Shown here in pieces: positions 46,383 through 58,857 of a DNA stretch of 64,000 nucleotides (the first letter of the stretch is position 1; each line of letters opens with the position of its first letter). This DNA is from Macrostomum hystrix (taxonomy: Eukaryota; Animalia; Platyhelminthes). Made by a program: the position numbers and the translations under genes. The stretch is from NCBI GenBank assembly GCA_950097015.1, contig CATNEN010000031.1:3162001-3226000 (forward strand), in the 5' to 3' direction. The notes under the pieces are model-generated. The model did not search any database and was not told where the DNA came from. It saw only the letters and a program-made list of their open reading frames with translations.

Positions 46383-49300
46383 TCTAGCATCGGCACAGTC
46401 GAGCCTTTCGAGGAGGGAAAAGACTGGTGCGCCTACGAGGAGCGCGTCGCCCTGTACATGACCGCCAACAGGATCAAGGGGGAGGACCAGAAGAAGGCTG
46501 TTTTTCTCACTCTGATCGGCCGCCAATGCTACGCCATTCTCCGGAATCTGTGCTCGCCTGCAAAGCCTACGGACCTGGACTACGAGGAGCTGGTCAAGCG
46601 ACTCAAGGAGCACTTCCAGCCAAAGAAGCCGGTCATCGCCGAGCGGTTTCGCTTCTACAAGCGGACCCAGAGGGACGGAGAGTCCGCAGCTCAGTTCCTG
46701 GCCGCCCTCAGGAACCTGGCGGAGACCTGCGACTTCGCCACCTTCCTGGAGGATGCCCTGCGCGACTGCTTCGTCTGCGGACTCCGGGAGCCGCAAGTGC
46801 AGAAGCGGCTGCTGACCGTCAGCACTCTGACGCTCGACAAGGCGAAGGAGATCGCTCAGGCGGCAGAGATGGCAGAGGCGGAGGCCAACAGCTGGCGGGC
46901 CAGGCCGGAGGTCAACCAGGTAGGAGAGGCCCCGCCACCGCGGCGGCCCTGCATGCGCTGCGGCTCCAGGCAGCACCTATCCTCCGAGTGCCCGCACAGG
47001 AACACCAAGTGCCACGCCTGCGGCAAGCTGGGACACCTGAAGGCCGTCTGTCTGTCCAGCCAGAAGGCCAGCGCCGGGGCAGCTTCGAGCAGTCAGAGGG
47101 GTGGCTCGAAATTCAGCGGCTCCAAGAGCCGGAAGTCCATCCGGGCTGTCAACAGAGGTGGGAGCGAGGTGCACAGCAGCAGCGACAGCGAGGACTTCGA
47201 GGTGACGTGGGTCTCCCAGGTCCGCAGCAGTGAGGAGAGCCACATCAGCGTCCAGCTGAACATCAATGGACGGCCACTAAAAATGCAGGTGGACACCGGA
47301 GCCTGCGTCAGCCTCGTGTCCAAGCGGCACTGGGAGCAGCTGGGCCGGCCGAAGCTGCAGAAGACGGAGGTGAAGCTGCGCACCTGGACAGGCGAGAGCA
47401 TTCCTGTCATGGGCTCGGCGGAGGTGGTGGTGGAGTACGGCAGCCAGGCCTGCCAGCTGCCCCTGATCGTCACCAGCCTGGAGAAGGCGAGCCCACTGAT
47501 GGGCCGGAACTGGCTCAGGGGCATCCGGCTGGACTGGAAGGAGATTTTCGCGATCAGCAGCCCAACGGTGCCGGCCACGACCTCCAGCCCCGCCACGCCG
47601 CCAGAACTGGACGGCCTGCTGCAGGAGTTCGCAGATGTGTTCCAGCCGGGCTTGGGTAACTTCACACGGCACAGCGTGAAGCTACGGCTGCAGGAGGACG
47701 CTCAGCCGAGGTTCTGCAAGGCCCGGCCTGTCCCGTACGCTCTGAAGTCCAAGATCGAGGCAGAGCTGCAACGGATGCAGGAGGCGGGAGTTGTCGAGCC
47801 GGTGCTGCACAGCGACTGGGCGACACCGGTGGGGCCCGTCAGCAAGCCAAACGGGGCCCTTAGGCTGTGCGGTGACTACAAGGTCACGCTGAACCCACAG
47901 CTGAAGACCGACCACTACCCAATGCCGACGCCAGAAGAACTCTACGACGCGGTCGGCGGCGGCAGGATCTTCTCCAAGCTGGACCTGTCTGAGTGCTACC
48001 TGCAGTTTCCGCTGGACCAGGCCAGCCAGGACCTGACCACCATCAACACCCACAAGGGCTTGTTCCGGTTCAAGCGACTGCCGTACGGGGTCAGCTCAGC
48101 GCCAGCGCTCTGCCAGCAGATCATGGAATCCGTGCTGCAGGGCACCAGCTCGACGTGTTGCAGGATCGACGACATCCTGGTGGCCGGCAAGGGCACGGCC
48201 GATCACCTCAACAACCTGCGGGAGGTGCTGAGCCGCCTGCGCAGCGCGGGCCTCCGACTCAAAGTGGAGAAGTGCCGGTTCTTCGAGAGCGAGGTGGAGT
48301 ACCTTGGCTCACTCATTAGCGGTGAGGGGGTCCGGAAGAGCCCCAAGAAGGTCGAGGCCATCAGGGCCAGCCCGAAGCCAGCCACCGTGTCCGAGCTGCG
48401 GTCGTTCCTCGGCCTGGCCAACTATTACGCCAAGCACGTCGCCAACTTCTCTACGAAAGCGGCCCCGCTGTACGAACTCCTCCGAAAGGACACCGCGTGG
48501 GACTGGACCGCGCGCCAGCAGTCAGCCTGGGAGGCACTGAAAGAGGCCCTCTCGTCGGACACCGTTCTGACCTGCTACAACCCCGACTGGCCGCTGGTGC
48601 TGGCCGCGGACGCCTCCTCTGTTGGCATCGGAGCCGTTATCTCCCACGTGGCGCCCGACGGAACTGAGAAACCGATCGCCTTCGCCTCCAGGAGCCTGAA
48701 TGCTGCGGAGAAGAACTACGCCCAGATCGAGAAGGAGGCGCTGGCGATCATCTTCGGCGTCAAGAAATTTCACAATTACATTTACGGCCAGAAGATCACT
48801 ATCATCACCGACCACCAGCCTCTGACGAGCATCTTCGGCCCAAAAACCGGCGTCTCGGCGACGGCGGCAGCGCGCCTGCAGCGGTGGGCACTCACCCTGG
48901 CCGCTTACGACTACGACATCAGCTACAGGAACACAAGCCAGCACGGCAACGCGGACTTTCTGTCGAGGCTACCCCTAGCGATCAAGGCGGAGTCAGCGGA
49001 CCCAAGCGGCGTGTGCTGGACCGACGAAGAGCGGCCAGGTAGCGAGGACTGGCCGCTGCTGGCCAGGGACATCGCCAGAGCCAGCCGCCGCGACGTCGAC
49101 CTGCAGGAGGTTCGGCGGTTCACACAGGATGGCTGGCCGGGCACCTGGCGCGCCTCCCAGGAGCCGTACCACCGACGGCGGCACGAGCTCAGCCTGGAGG
49201 ACGGCTGCCTGCTGTGGGGTTCGCGGGTTGTCATCCCCGCAGCCCTGCGGCCTCGAGTGCTGCAGGAGTTGCACACCGATCACACTGGAGTCGTCAGAAT

Positions 49301-50326
49301 GAAGTCGGTGGCGCGCAGCTTCGTGTGGTGGCCCGGCCTGGACCAGGACATCGAGCGGACGGCCAGCGCCTGCAGCCAGTGCCAGCAGACGCGACCGGAG
49401 ATGAAAGCGCCGCTACACCCCTGGATCTGGCCGGACCAGCCGTGGGAGCGGATCCACGTGGATTTCGCGGGTCCCATGGAAGGCCAGATTTACCTCCTGG
49501 TGGTGGACGCGCATTCCAAGTGGCCGCACGTGGAGCGAGTCGGTGGCCAGACGAGCGCCGAAGTCGTCAAGCGGCTTCGGCGACTGTTTGCGCAGTGGGG
49601 GCTGCCACGCCAGATCGTGTCCGACAACGGACCGGCATTTGCTAGTGCGGAGTTCCACGACTTCTGCAAGAGCAACGGCATCCAGCATATCCGCAGCAGC
49701 CCGTACCACCCGAAGACCAACGGCTTGGTGGAGCGCCTGGTAGGCAGCTTCAAGCGGGCCATGAAGTCCAGCCGGGAGGACGCGGGGATGCCGACAGACG
49801 GCTGCAGAACTGGCTGCTCGGCTACCGCGCTACGGAACACCCGACCACTGGCCGGGCCCCGGCACAGCTCCTGCTCGGCCGCGGTCTGCGCACCCGCATG
49901 GACCTGATGCGGCCATCGACTCGAGACCGAGTGCTGCGGGCCCAGGCCACGCAGAAGCAGCTCCACGACCGCACAGCTCGCCACGCCGACTACCTACCGG
50001 ACCAGGTGTGGGCCCGAGACTACCGCCGCGGCGCCGAACGGTGGGCGGAGGGCCGGGTTGCAGAGCAGACCGGGCCGCTCAGCTACCGAGTGGAGACCAA
50101 CGACGGCGTCATCGAGCGGCGGCACGCCGATCAGCTGCGTCCGCGAATTCCACAGGAGCAGCCTGCAGGCGACGCCGATGTGACAGCTGACAGAACCGGC
50201 GAAATGGAGGCCGCCGACAGTGGTGCGGAGGCCGGCGGGTTGCTGCCGGCGCGTCAGTCACTGCGGACGCGGCAAGAGCCGGACCGGTTGCTGTACACTG
50301 AGCTGGGGACTCCGAGAATGAACTAA
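46380..50326 (+). CDS. Gag-Pol polyprotein (gag, protease, RT, RNase H, integrase) with one frameshift near 49784-49787
   Basis: Motifs: CMRCGSRQHLSSEC and CHACGKLGHLKAVC zinc knuckles; protease VDTGA; RT LCGDYK, KLDLSECYLQ, LPYGVSSAP, RIDDIL; RNase H ADASSVGIG, EKEALA, TDHQPL, NADFLSR; integrase H-x3-H...C-x2-C, HVDFAGP, SDNGPAF, NGLVER. The integrase tail RLQNWLLGYRATEHPTTGRAPAQLLLGRGLRTRMDL lies in the next frame and ends at the stop at 50326. Confidence 0.93.
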
Positions 50327-50360
50327 AAAACTGCGGCCATTCTTGCGGGAGGGGAAAAAC

Positions 50361-50611
50361 TGTAGTGTTTGCTTCGAACTCTTTGTGTGCGCTCCGAACC
50401 CTTGTCTGCCCGTACCCAGAGTACAGTACGCTATCTTTCTCTCCCCACCCCCAAACAGGCGGAGGCATGTTGGGAAGTCTCCCCTCCCGGGAGCAAGGTA
50501 AATATAGTGGCCGCATGGCCGCGGTGAATCACGGCAAGCGAAGCTTAGCCACTACGAGGCTTCTCACGGACACACACTGTTCAGCTTTCTTATTTGGAGT
50601 CCGACTCCACA
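50361..50611 (+). repeat. 3' LTR (251 bp)
   Basis: Direct repeat of 46117-46367, preceded by the polypurine tract. Confidence 0.97.
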
Positions 50612-51402
50612 CTCCTTTTTACATAGTTCCATGATCCAGAGACTAGTTTGGTACGCACATCAACAAAAATATGTGCGTAGCTTTTTATAGCCTCTAAAAG
50701 TTGCAAAACGCAACTAATCTCGTTGATTTTTACTTTGCATTTTGATCCCCATGATTTACCAACTAGAAAAGAAACTAGCAAACGAGAATAGGCTTTGCAA
50801 AAAAAAATAGCTAATGTTGGAAAATGCAGCTGATAAATAAAAAACTTCTTTGGAATTAGTAACCGTTTTTGTCGTATTAAAAGCCACCAGTACAGATGTC
50901 CTATCATATCTGTACTTTTGCGTAAACTTGTGCATAAAAACGTTTATAACAACGCTTCAGAATAATAATCATAGCGACCAGAGACCAGGCTTTCAAAATT
51001 TTTTTATAAATTAAGTATAATTTTTTTTTATATCTAGCTTCCACCATATAGGCAAATATGAGTACTTAAAGTTCCTTATGGCAATATTTCAAAGTTAAGA
51101 TTACATAGAAATGTTCGGGAAATTTCCAAAAAATGTGTGCTTTAAATCATTGAAAAGGTTATAGACTGTGCAAATTATTTAAAGAAACATTCTGATTAAC
51201 TGAAAGTTAGTGAAAAAATAACGCCTGTAGACACTTTCCTTCTAACTTCTTAGTTCTAATGCATTACAAAGGCTTCTATGACTTGACCTTGACAGTGTGA
51301 TTAAAAATCCTTTAGAAAAATATTAAACGTCATAAATTCTGTTTTATAGCTTTGACCCTTGACTTATTTATCTTTTTAAAATTGTATTTCGTTAAGATAA
51401 AA

Positions 51403-54400
51403 ATGTCGGCAGTATCTTCATGGGATAACAGATTATGGGTAAGAGCAACCAAATATCAATTATTTATTCAATTAAAATTACTTATCTATTTTACGTTTAT
51501 TGTTAGACAAACATTTAATCGTGCTGTTTATTAGAAAAAGTTGTATAAAATTTATTTTCGGTAGTGACAATCCCATTTTTAGCAATAAAATGCATGTAAC
51601 AAATATTTGGCTATAAATAATGTTATATATTTACAGGACTAAGGCAGAGAGACTGCGACTTGGAGTTGACTAAGTTTTATAGCGATTTATTTGTTGATTC
51701 ACGAGTTAAATAGCAATCAGTGCCAAGGTGTAAAAGTGAAAGAGAAAGGCATGCACGCGGTTGATGTATATTAGACACCAAGAGAAGTGAACACATATGT
51801 ATATAAGAAAGAATCTTAGCAATGTTAGGCCTAGCCTGGCCGGCCTCCATCTAAAAACTATGGTTTTGTTTCTATCCAGTGCATCCAAAAAAAAGCAATT
51901 AATTCATTTCTTTCAAAGAAACTGAATGCCAAAAAAATTGAGACATCAAATTTTGTGGGTATTGGCCAATACACCAATACCCCCCTCGCTACGCCACTGG
52001 GTTTGACCAAACTTAAGAACACATTTCTAGCTACTTACTAGTGATGTTCCAGAATTTAGATTTAGATTTCTATTTTAAGAATTTTTTCAATTTTGGAAGT
52101 AAGAATTTTTAACCCTATAATTCCACAATATCCCAGTAATCAGGTCTTAATAAATTAACATAAATTCACTGGTGTTCAGAATCAGATTTCAAAAGTGTGA
52201 ATTTTTTATTTCAAGTTTCTAAATTTCTTCTCTACTGGTCTTTAACAGCTCACATAAGGTGTGGCTTAAATACAAAATTAGCTACTTTTAGCAAAAGTAA
52301 ATGTTTAAGGAGTACAAAGTAGATCTGCATCTCTAAGAGAATCATAGTCTTGTTATGATACTTTGTTAAAATCTAAACTTTGATTTCCATTTAGATTCAA
52401 AAATCACTTTCTAAACATCACTACTACTCTCAGCATTGCCAAATCTTATACTAAGCACACAACTTTTTAAATCAGCGCCAAGGATAAAAGCAGAAAATAA
52501 CTAGTAGATTGTACTCTATTATTACATGCCCATGTTTCTTTTAAAAATATGTTAATTAAGAAGGAAGTAGGCCTATTAGTTATTGTAGTCTAAAACTTAA
52601 AGTGCATCATTGCTAAAGACAAAAGTATATCTCTAATAGAGCAGGAAAGCCCAATATATAAAGGTGAATATATTTATGTTAAAGAAATTTTAAGTTAAAT
52701 AAATGGCAGTGATTTGGTAGAAATCAGAATTTTGATAATGCTTGCTATATTTTTGGCTACTCATAGCTAACCCTTAGTTGTTTCAACCCAAAATTTTCTA
52801 TCTAAATTTCTAATGCTTAATAATAGCATCATTAACTTTTAAGTTACTTTTTAGAAACAATTCTAAGGTGTATTTTTTCAATAGCTTAAAATCTTAAAAA
52901 CCAAAAGATGATAATAGTAATGGCAGTTTCTAGATAGTTTTGCTGAATCTATAAATGCCATTGATAATTACCCCTATGATGATTTTAATGCTTAAATAAT
53001 GCAGAGCCATTAACTTTTGTTTAATTTTTAGGATACATACAATCCCCAGCTGTATAACTTCACCAAATATAATGCGGAATTTCTCAAGCACTGTTCAGAT
53101 TTTCTGGAGCGACGCTGCAAAGTTGAAGAGAAATATGCCAAGGATATCAAGTGAGCGATTCGTCTAGTTAATCTGGCCTACTGACAATTTGGGCAGTTAC
53201 AAATGGAATATAATATTTGTGAAAGCATCATAAAACTTTTAGAAAACTTTGCAAGGAATTCAAACCAAAGGAATTCGACAAAAAGGAAAAGTTTAAGTAA
53301 GTGACATCTGTTGTTCATTTCTATCTTGCAGCATTTTGTTGAATCAGTGTGGTTTAAAATTCTGACTGTCCAAGTATGCGATGTCTTGCATTCGCACAAG
53401 AGCAACATTTGCATGCGTGCTTTGCAACAGGCCCCCAGTGCTAACACTATTGATTACACAGGAAATGTCCAGTTTGCAAATTCTTAATAATATACTACAT
53501 CGAAAGCCTCAGTAAGAGTGCTGAATGTTTGCGTGAATGAACTCGTGTGAGAAAAACATCGGGCTACATGCATAAACGAAAACGTACATTTGATTTTAAT
53601 TCATTTACATTCTCTGTGGTCGGCATATTTAATTTCTATCTTAATACTGTCATTAAAATTTATACAATCAGATAATTATGAATTGTTTACCTTAAGAAAT
53701 AATAAATGAAATGTGCCCCCAATCGGGCCAGATTTTCCTCCTACAGCACAGGCACAGCCGAATGGCTATGTGGCGCATCTAAACCTACTTACGGCTGTTC
53801 AGTCCGCGGACTGGGAGGGAACGCCACACCCACCCACCTTTTTTATACAATTTTAACAGCTGGGTAAACTGAAGCAATGCAGGGATAAGTGTGTTGTTTA
53901 AGGTTTCAAATCGTTCCGGTGGAGTCAAGAATCAAGATCAATGTCCGACCTTCCAATCGAAAAGTATTCACGGATAAAAGACCAAAAAAGTTTGCGGACA
54001 TGAAGCAGACTGCCCACTGAGGAGTGCGCGGCGATAATGGTGCGGCCAGCACAGGGAGTTTTCCATAATAGGAAAATTAAATAATACCTTAATTAAATTC
54101 TGGAAAAACCTTCACATATAACCCGGAAAATCTACGCAAACCCGGAAAAATCTACGCAAACCTAGAAGAAAAATGTACGCAAACCCGGAAAACGTACGAA
54201 AACCCGAAAAATTAACGTTAATGCAAACTTTTTATTGCGGGAGCATACTTTTGATCCTTTGCAATTCCACTCGCAGATTCACTGCCCAGACGGCATTCGA
54301 AGCGTCCCTTTTAGAGCTGACCGCGCTGGCTAATCAGCACGAGAATCTGCGCGATCAGCTGTTGCAATCATCGCGGGATCTGCGCGAATATCTGCGCGAC

Positions 54401-57400
54401 ATGCTCCGTCAGGAGCAGCTGGCCGAGCGGCGGCTGGCGACCACCGTTAAGGAGGTGGAGCGCAGCCGGTCGCAGCTGGAGCAGGCCAGGGCTCAGTATT
54501 ACAAGGCGCACAGCGAAATGCGTCGCGCCTCGGAGGAGTACGCGGCCGCCAGGGAGAGCCGTGACGTCACCAGAGCCGAGGAGGAGCGCCTCCAGCTGGC
54601 CTATCAGACCAAGTCGGCACAGTGCGAGGAGCGGCGAAACAGCTACGCCAAGGAGATTACCGATTTCAACGCTGCGCAGGTCGGTCGCTGTTTTCTTAGA
54701 AACATTCTACTCAAGGATATTTTTAGATTCTGCGTTTTTTATTCTTTACCTACAACTATGAACACCATTGTATATTCCTATTTTCGACCATTTCTTGTCT
54801 CCGTCTCTTTATCTCTTCACACCACCTGATCCTCAGTTCTCGTAATCACCAGAGCCCCAATCTCCCCACCTGCCCACAGGCTGAGTTCATGCAGCGCGGC
54901 CTCCCTGAGCAGCTAGCAGGTCTGGAGCGGCTTCACCGGGACTTCTGCGCCACCTGCTGTCGTGAATTCAGCGCCTGGGCAGTCGCGCAGCTTGAAAGGC
55001 TTGCCGTGCAGACCAGCTGCGCCAACGCCTTGCAGCAGCACGCCCAGACTGTCTGCGCCGATGCGGATGTCACGGAATTCCTCCGCGTTACAGCGTCAGG
55101 CAATCCGCTGCCAGTGGATGTCCCCTTCGAAGATCTTCAGGGAGGTGACTCCGGCAGCGGCTCCACTATCGGCGCGGCTCATTCTTCGCCGGCTTCGGAT
55201 TCGGCGACTGTCGGCGGCAGCTCCGGCGGCCTGGACGCGGCGACACCTCCACAGAAGAGTCACCGGGCTGCTAGACTGTTCAGCACACTGCGGTCTAGCA
55301 GGGCTGTAAGTGTTCTGTTTCTGATCCTTGACCCGCTGACCATTCTCCCAATAGCTAATCTCCCTATAGCTTTCATAGCTTATTCTTGACCCAGGCGTTA
55401 AGTTTTAAATCCTAAATATGCTATTGACAGCTCGGACCAGCTCAGCAGAAGCGTCGGCTAGAAGAGCAGCTCAAAGAAAAGGAGGCTGAACTGCAGAAGG
55501 CCATGAAGGAGATGTGAGTGCAGAAATTGTGCTTCTTTAAATCAATGCATGAACAGCTACCATTATATTAACTGACTTTATCTGCACAAAACTGCAACCA
55601 ATCACAGTGAGGGCCTGAACAAGCTGCGCCAGACTTATCAGCACCACCCGGAGACCGCTGACTCCACTTCGCTAGCTCAGGTGGACGCCACGCTGCAGCA
55701 GCTGGTTAAGCGGGCTACAAGACTGCGCGATGAATACTCGGAGCTTCTGGTGCGCCAACCTGACTTGACTGTCTGATTGTTGAATGCAAATGAACGACTC
55801 AAACGCTTCTCTAGACCACTCAAAAACGCTTCTTTAACTGCTTCTCAAACGACTCGAACGCATCTCTAAGGACTCAAATACTTCTCTGTGGACTCAAACG
55901 CATCTTTAAATGCTCAAATACTTCTCTATAGACTCAAACGCTTGTCTATGGACTCAAACGCTTCTCTATGGACTCAAACGCTTCTCTAAAGACTCAAATA
56001 CTTCTCTATGGACTCAAACGCTTCACTATAGACTCAAACGTATCTCTATGGACTCAAGCGCATCTCTATGGACTCAAACGCTTCTCTATGGACTCAAACG
56101 CTTCTCTAAAGACTCAAATACTTCTCTATGGACTCAAACGCATCTCTATGGACTCAAACGCATCTCTATGGACTCAAACGCTTCTCTAAAGACTCAAATA
56201 CTTCTCTATGGACTCAAACGCTTCTCTAAAGACTAAAATACTTCTCTAAAGACTCAAATACTTCTCTATGGACTCAAACGTTTCTCTATCGACTCAAACG
56301 CTTCTCCATGGACTCTAACGATTCTCAAACGGCGCAATTGCTTCTCAAAATATGCTGGGCGACAAAACGATGTCCCTCAGGATCTAAGCAGCTGCAACGG
56401 CGGAAGTGGCGGCGCCGGTGACAGCCAGACAACGACGTCGGCCTCTCAATCGGCCAAGCCGATGCGAAAGTCTCGTTCGATTTCGTCCTTAGCCAGTGGC
56501 AGCGAAAAGAAGCGCCGATTTCGGTTAGACCTGGTGACCCGACACTTTAGCCCCAGTAGCAACAGCAACAGCACTGCTTGCTCTCTGGTTAGTGTTGATC
56601 TTGTTTTCTTGTTTCCCCAGGTTACCAATTCACACCACTTGGTTCCCAGATCCCCATTTCACACCACTTGGTTCCCAGATCCCATTTCACACCACTTGGT
56701 TCCCAGATCCCCATTTCACACCACTTGGTTCCCAGATCCCATTTCACACCACTTGGTTCCCAGATCCCCATTTCACACCACTTGGTTCGCAGATCCCCAA
56801 TTCACACCACTTGGTTCCCAGATCCCCAATTCACACCACTTAGTTCCCAGATCCCCATTTCACACCACTTGGTTCGCAGATCCCCAATTCACACCACTTG
56901 GTTCCCAGATCCCCAATTCACACCACTTGGTTCCCAGATCCCATTTCACACCACTTGGTTCCCAGATCCCCATTTCACACCACTTGGTTCCCAGATCCCC
57001 ATTTCACACCATTTGGTTCCCAGATCCCCAATTCACACCACTTGGTTCCCAGATCCCCAATTCACACCACTTGGTTCCCAGATCCCCATTTCACACCACT
57101 TGGTTCCCAGATCCTCAAGTCACACCACTTGGTTCCTAGATCCCCATTTCACACCACTTGGTTCCCAGATCCTCAAGTCACACCACTTGGTTCCCAGATC
57201 CCCAATTCACGCCACTTGGTTCCCAGATCCCCAATTCACACCACTTGGTTCCCAGATCCCCATTTCACACCACTTGGTTCCCAGATCCCCAATTCACACA
57301 ACTTGGTTCCCAGATCCCCAATTCACACCACTTGGTTCCCAGATCCCCATTTCACACCACTTGGTTCCCAGATCCCCAATTCACACCACTTGGTTCCCAG

Positions 57401-58693
57401 ATCCCCATTTCACAACACTTGGTTCCCAGATCCCCATTTCACACCACCTGCTCCCCAGATCCCAGCTCTGCGCATTCTTGCTCTCTGGTATTAAACTCAT
57501 TTCGTATAAAATGACAATCACCTAAATTTTCACTGCTACTGTTCTTTTCAGAAGGATCTGGAAGGCAAGAGTTTCGGCAGCAACGCAGGAGACAGCAGCG
57601 TTGTGTAAGTGGCCTAAATTTTTAAATAGAATCCAGATTGCCTATGCGTCACATTTTCTCGCCAAGTGGGCAAAATATTTTCGCTAAGTGCCCATAGGTT
57701 GGTTAATATCCCTGAGGTTGGTTACTATCCCCCAGATTATTGGTTATTATCCTTGACGTTGGTTATTATCCCCTCAGGTTGGTTGTTATCCCCTCAGGTT
57801 GGTTATTATCCCCTCAGGTTGGTTATTATCCCCTCAGGTTGGTTATTATCCCCCAGGTTGGCTATTATCCCCAGGTTGGCTATTATCCCCAGGTTGGCTA
57901 TTATCCCCAGGTTGGCTATTATCCCCAGGTTGGCTATTATCCCCAGGTTGGTTATTATCCCCAGGTTGGTTATTATCCCCTCGGTTTGGTTATTATCCCG
58001 TCAGGTTGGTTATTATCCCCTCAGATTGGTTATTATCCCCTCAGATTGGTTAGTATCCCCTCAGATTGGTTAGTATCCCCTCAGGTTGGTTATTATCCCT
58101 CGGCTTGATTATTATCCCCTCAGGTTGGTTATTATCCCCTCAGGTTGGTTATTATCCCCAGGTTGGTTATTATCCCCAGGTTGGTTATTATCCCCACAGG
58201 TAGATTATTATCCCCTCTGATTGGTTTTGGCCCATCATGACCGAATGGTCTTCAAAACTTTGTCTTCAGTTTCCGAAAATGTCGCACTTGTCAACTCGCC
58301 CTCGCCCTTTCATCGCCCATCGCCGCAACTAAATTTAGCGCGGCGACAGCGTTTGCCGACGAATTTGCCGACGAGTCGCCTCAGCATCCGGACGAGCCGC
58401 AGACTCCGCAGACTCCGCAGGCTCCTCAGCACCAGCAGCCCGATACGAGCTCCTCTGAAAGCGCGTTCGCTTCAGCAGCCGCCGCCTCCGCCGCCCCGTC
58501 CATCACAGCGGAGATGCTCTACGACTTCGCCGACACCAGCCAGCCGGACAATCTGACTGTGTCGGCCGGCGAACAAGTCGAAGTGCTTCAACGCGACCCG
58601 GATTGGTCGCTGGTTCGACGGCTACACGGCAAAGCCGCTGGTGAACAAGGCTACGTGCCCACCGCCTACTATGAGTACCTGTCCACTGCCTAG
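51403..58693 (+). CDS. F-BAR/HR1/SH3 protein of the FNBP1/CIP4/Toca family
   Basis: Exons 51403-51438, 53032-53150, 53243-53296, 54277-54679, 54880-55305, 55431-55513, 55608-55749, 56381-56587 (boundary least certain), 57552-57604 and 58339-58693, with consistent phases. MSAVSSWDNRLW|DTYN parallels the family start SWGTELW|DQFD. Further matches: FCH FLERRCKVEEKYAK, HR1 LGPAQQKRRLEEQL...TYQHHPETAD, acidic FADEFADE, and SH3 AEMLYDF...DW...GYVPTAY*. Confidence 0.88.
53705..53965 (-). mobile_element. Diverged copy of the same CORE-like SINE
   Basis: Shares GGCTGTTCAGTCC..GGACTGGG..GG.ACGCCACACCCAC and TTAACAGCTGGGT.AACTGAAGCAATGCAG with 28035-28346. Confidence 0.7.
54120..54205. repeat. Short 20-bp tandem repeat (TCTACGCAAACCCGGAAAAA), about 4 degenerate copies
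   Basis: Direct inspection. Confidence 0.8.
55793..56330. repeat. 20-bp intronic minisatellite (CTCTATGGACTCAAACGCTT)
   Basis: Direct inspection. Confidence 0.96.
56625..57462. repeat. 29-30-bp intronic minisatellite (CCCAGATCCCCATTTCACACCACTTGGTT)
   Basis: Direct inspection. Confidence 0.97.
57712..58220. repeat. 18-20-bp intronic minisatellite (TTATTATCCCC(TC)AGGTTGG)
   Basis: Direct inspection. Confidence 0.96.
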
Positions 58694-58857
58694 TTTGCCA
58701 GAGCTCACTCCAATTAGTCAGGATAACCCAGGTGTCCTCTGTCTTGTACACACTCCTGAACCAAATGTTCGTTTCTTCTGGTTTGCGTCAATTTCGTATC
58801 GAATGGAGTGTCTTACAGTCGTAATCGAAATATGCTTTAGTTATGCAAAACAAGGGT

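Larger units (their letters stand above)
46117..50611 (+). mobile_element. Full-length Ty3/gypsy LTR retrotransposon, Mag clade
   Basis: LTRs of 251 bp at 46117-46367 and 50361-50611 run TG...CA and are identical by eye. TSD CTCCT at 46112-46116 and 50612-50616. PBS TGGCGACGAGGATG at 46369-46382. Polypurine tract GGGAGGGGAAAAAC at 50347-50360. A single gag-pol ORF with two CCHC knuckles. Short LTRs, a 5-bp TSD, two knuckles and a Ser-tRNA primer fit the Mag clade. Confidence 0.97.

Noticed and set aside
46320-49984. Numerous antisense and alternate-frame ORFs inside the retrotransposon
   Set aside because: Expected shadows of GC-rich coding sequence; no independent motifs.
51637-51710. AG-preceded exon-like segment in intron 1 of the F-BAR gene
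   Set aside because: It gives an immediate stop (GAC TAA) in the required phase 0; exon 1 joins 53032 cleanly without it.
51950-51999. CTACGCCACTG end of a CAGTGGCGTAG-type MITE
   Set aside because: No matching left TIR or TSD found; boundaries cannot be defined.
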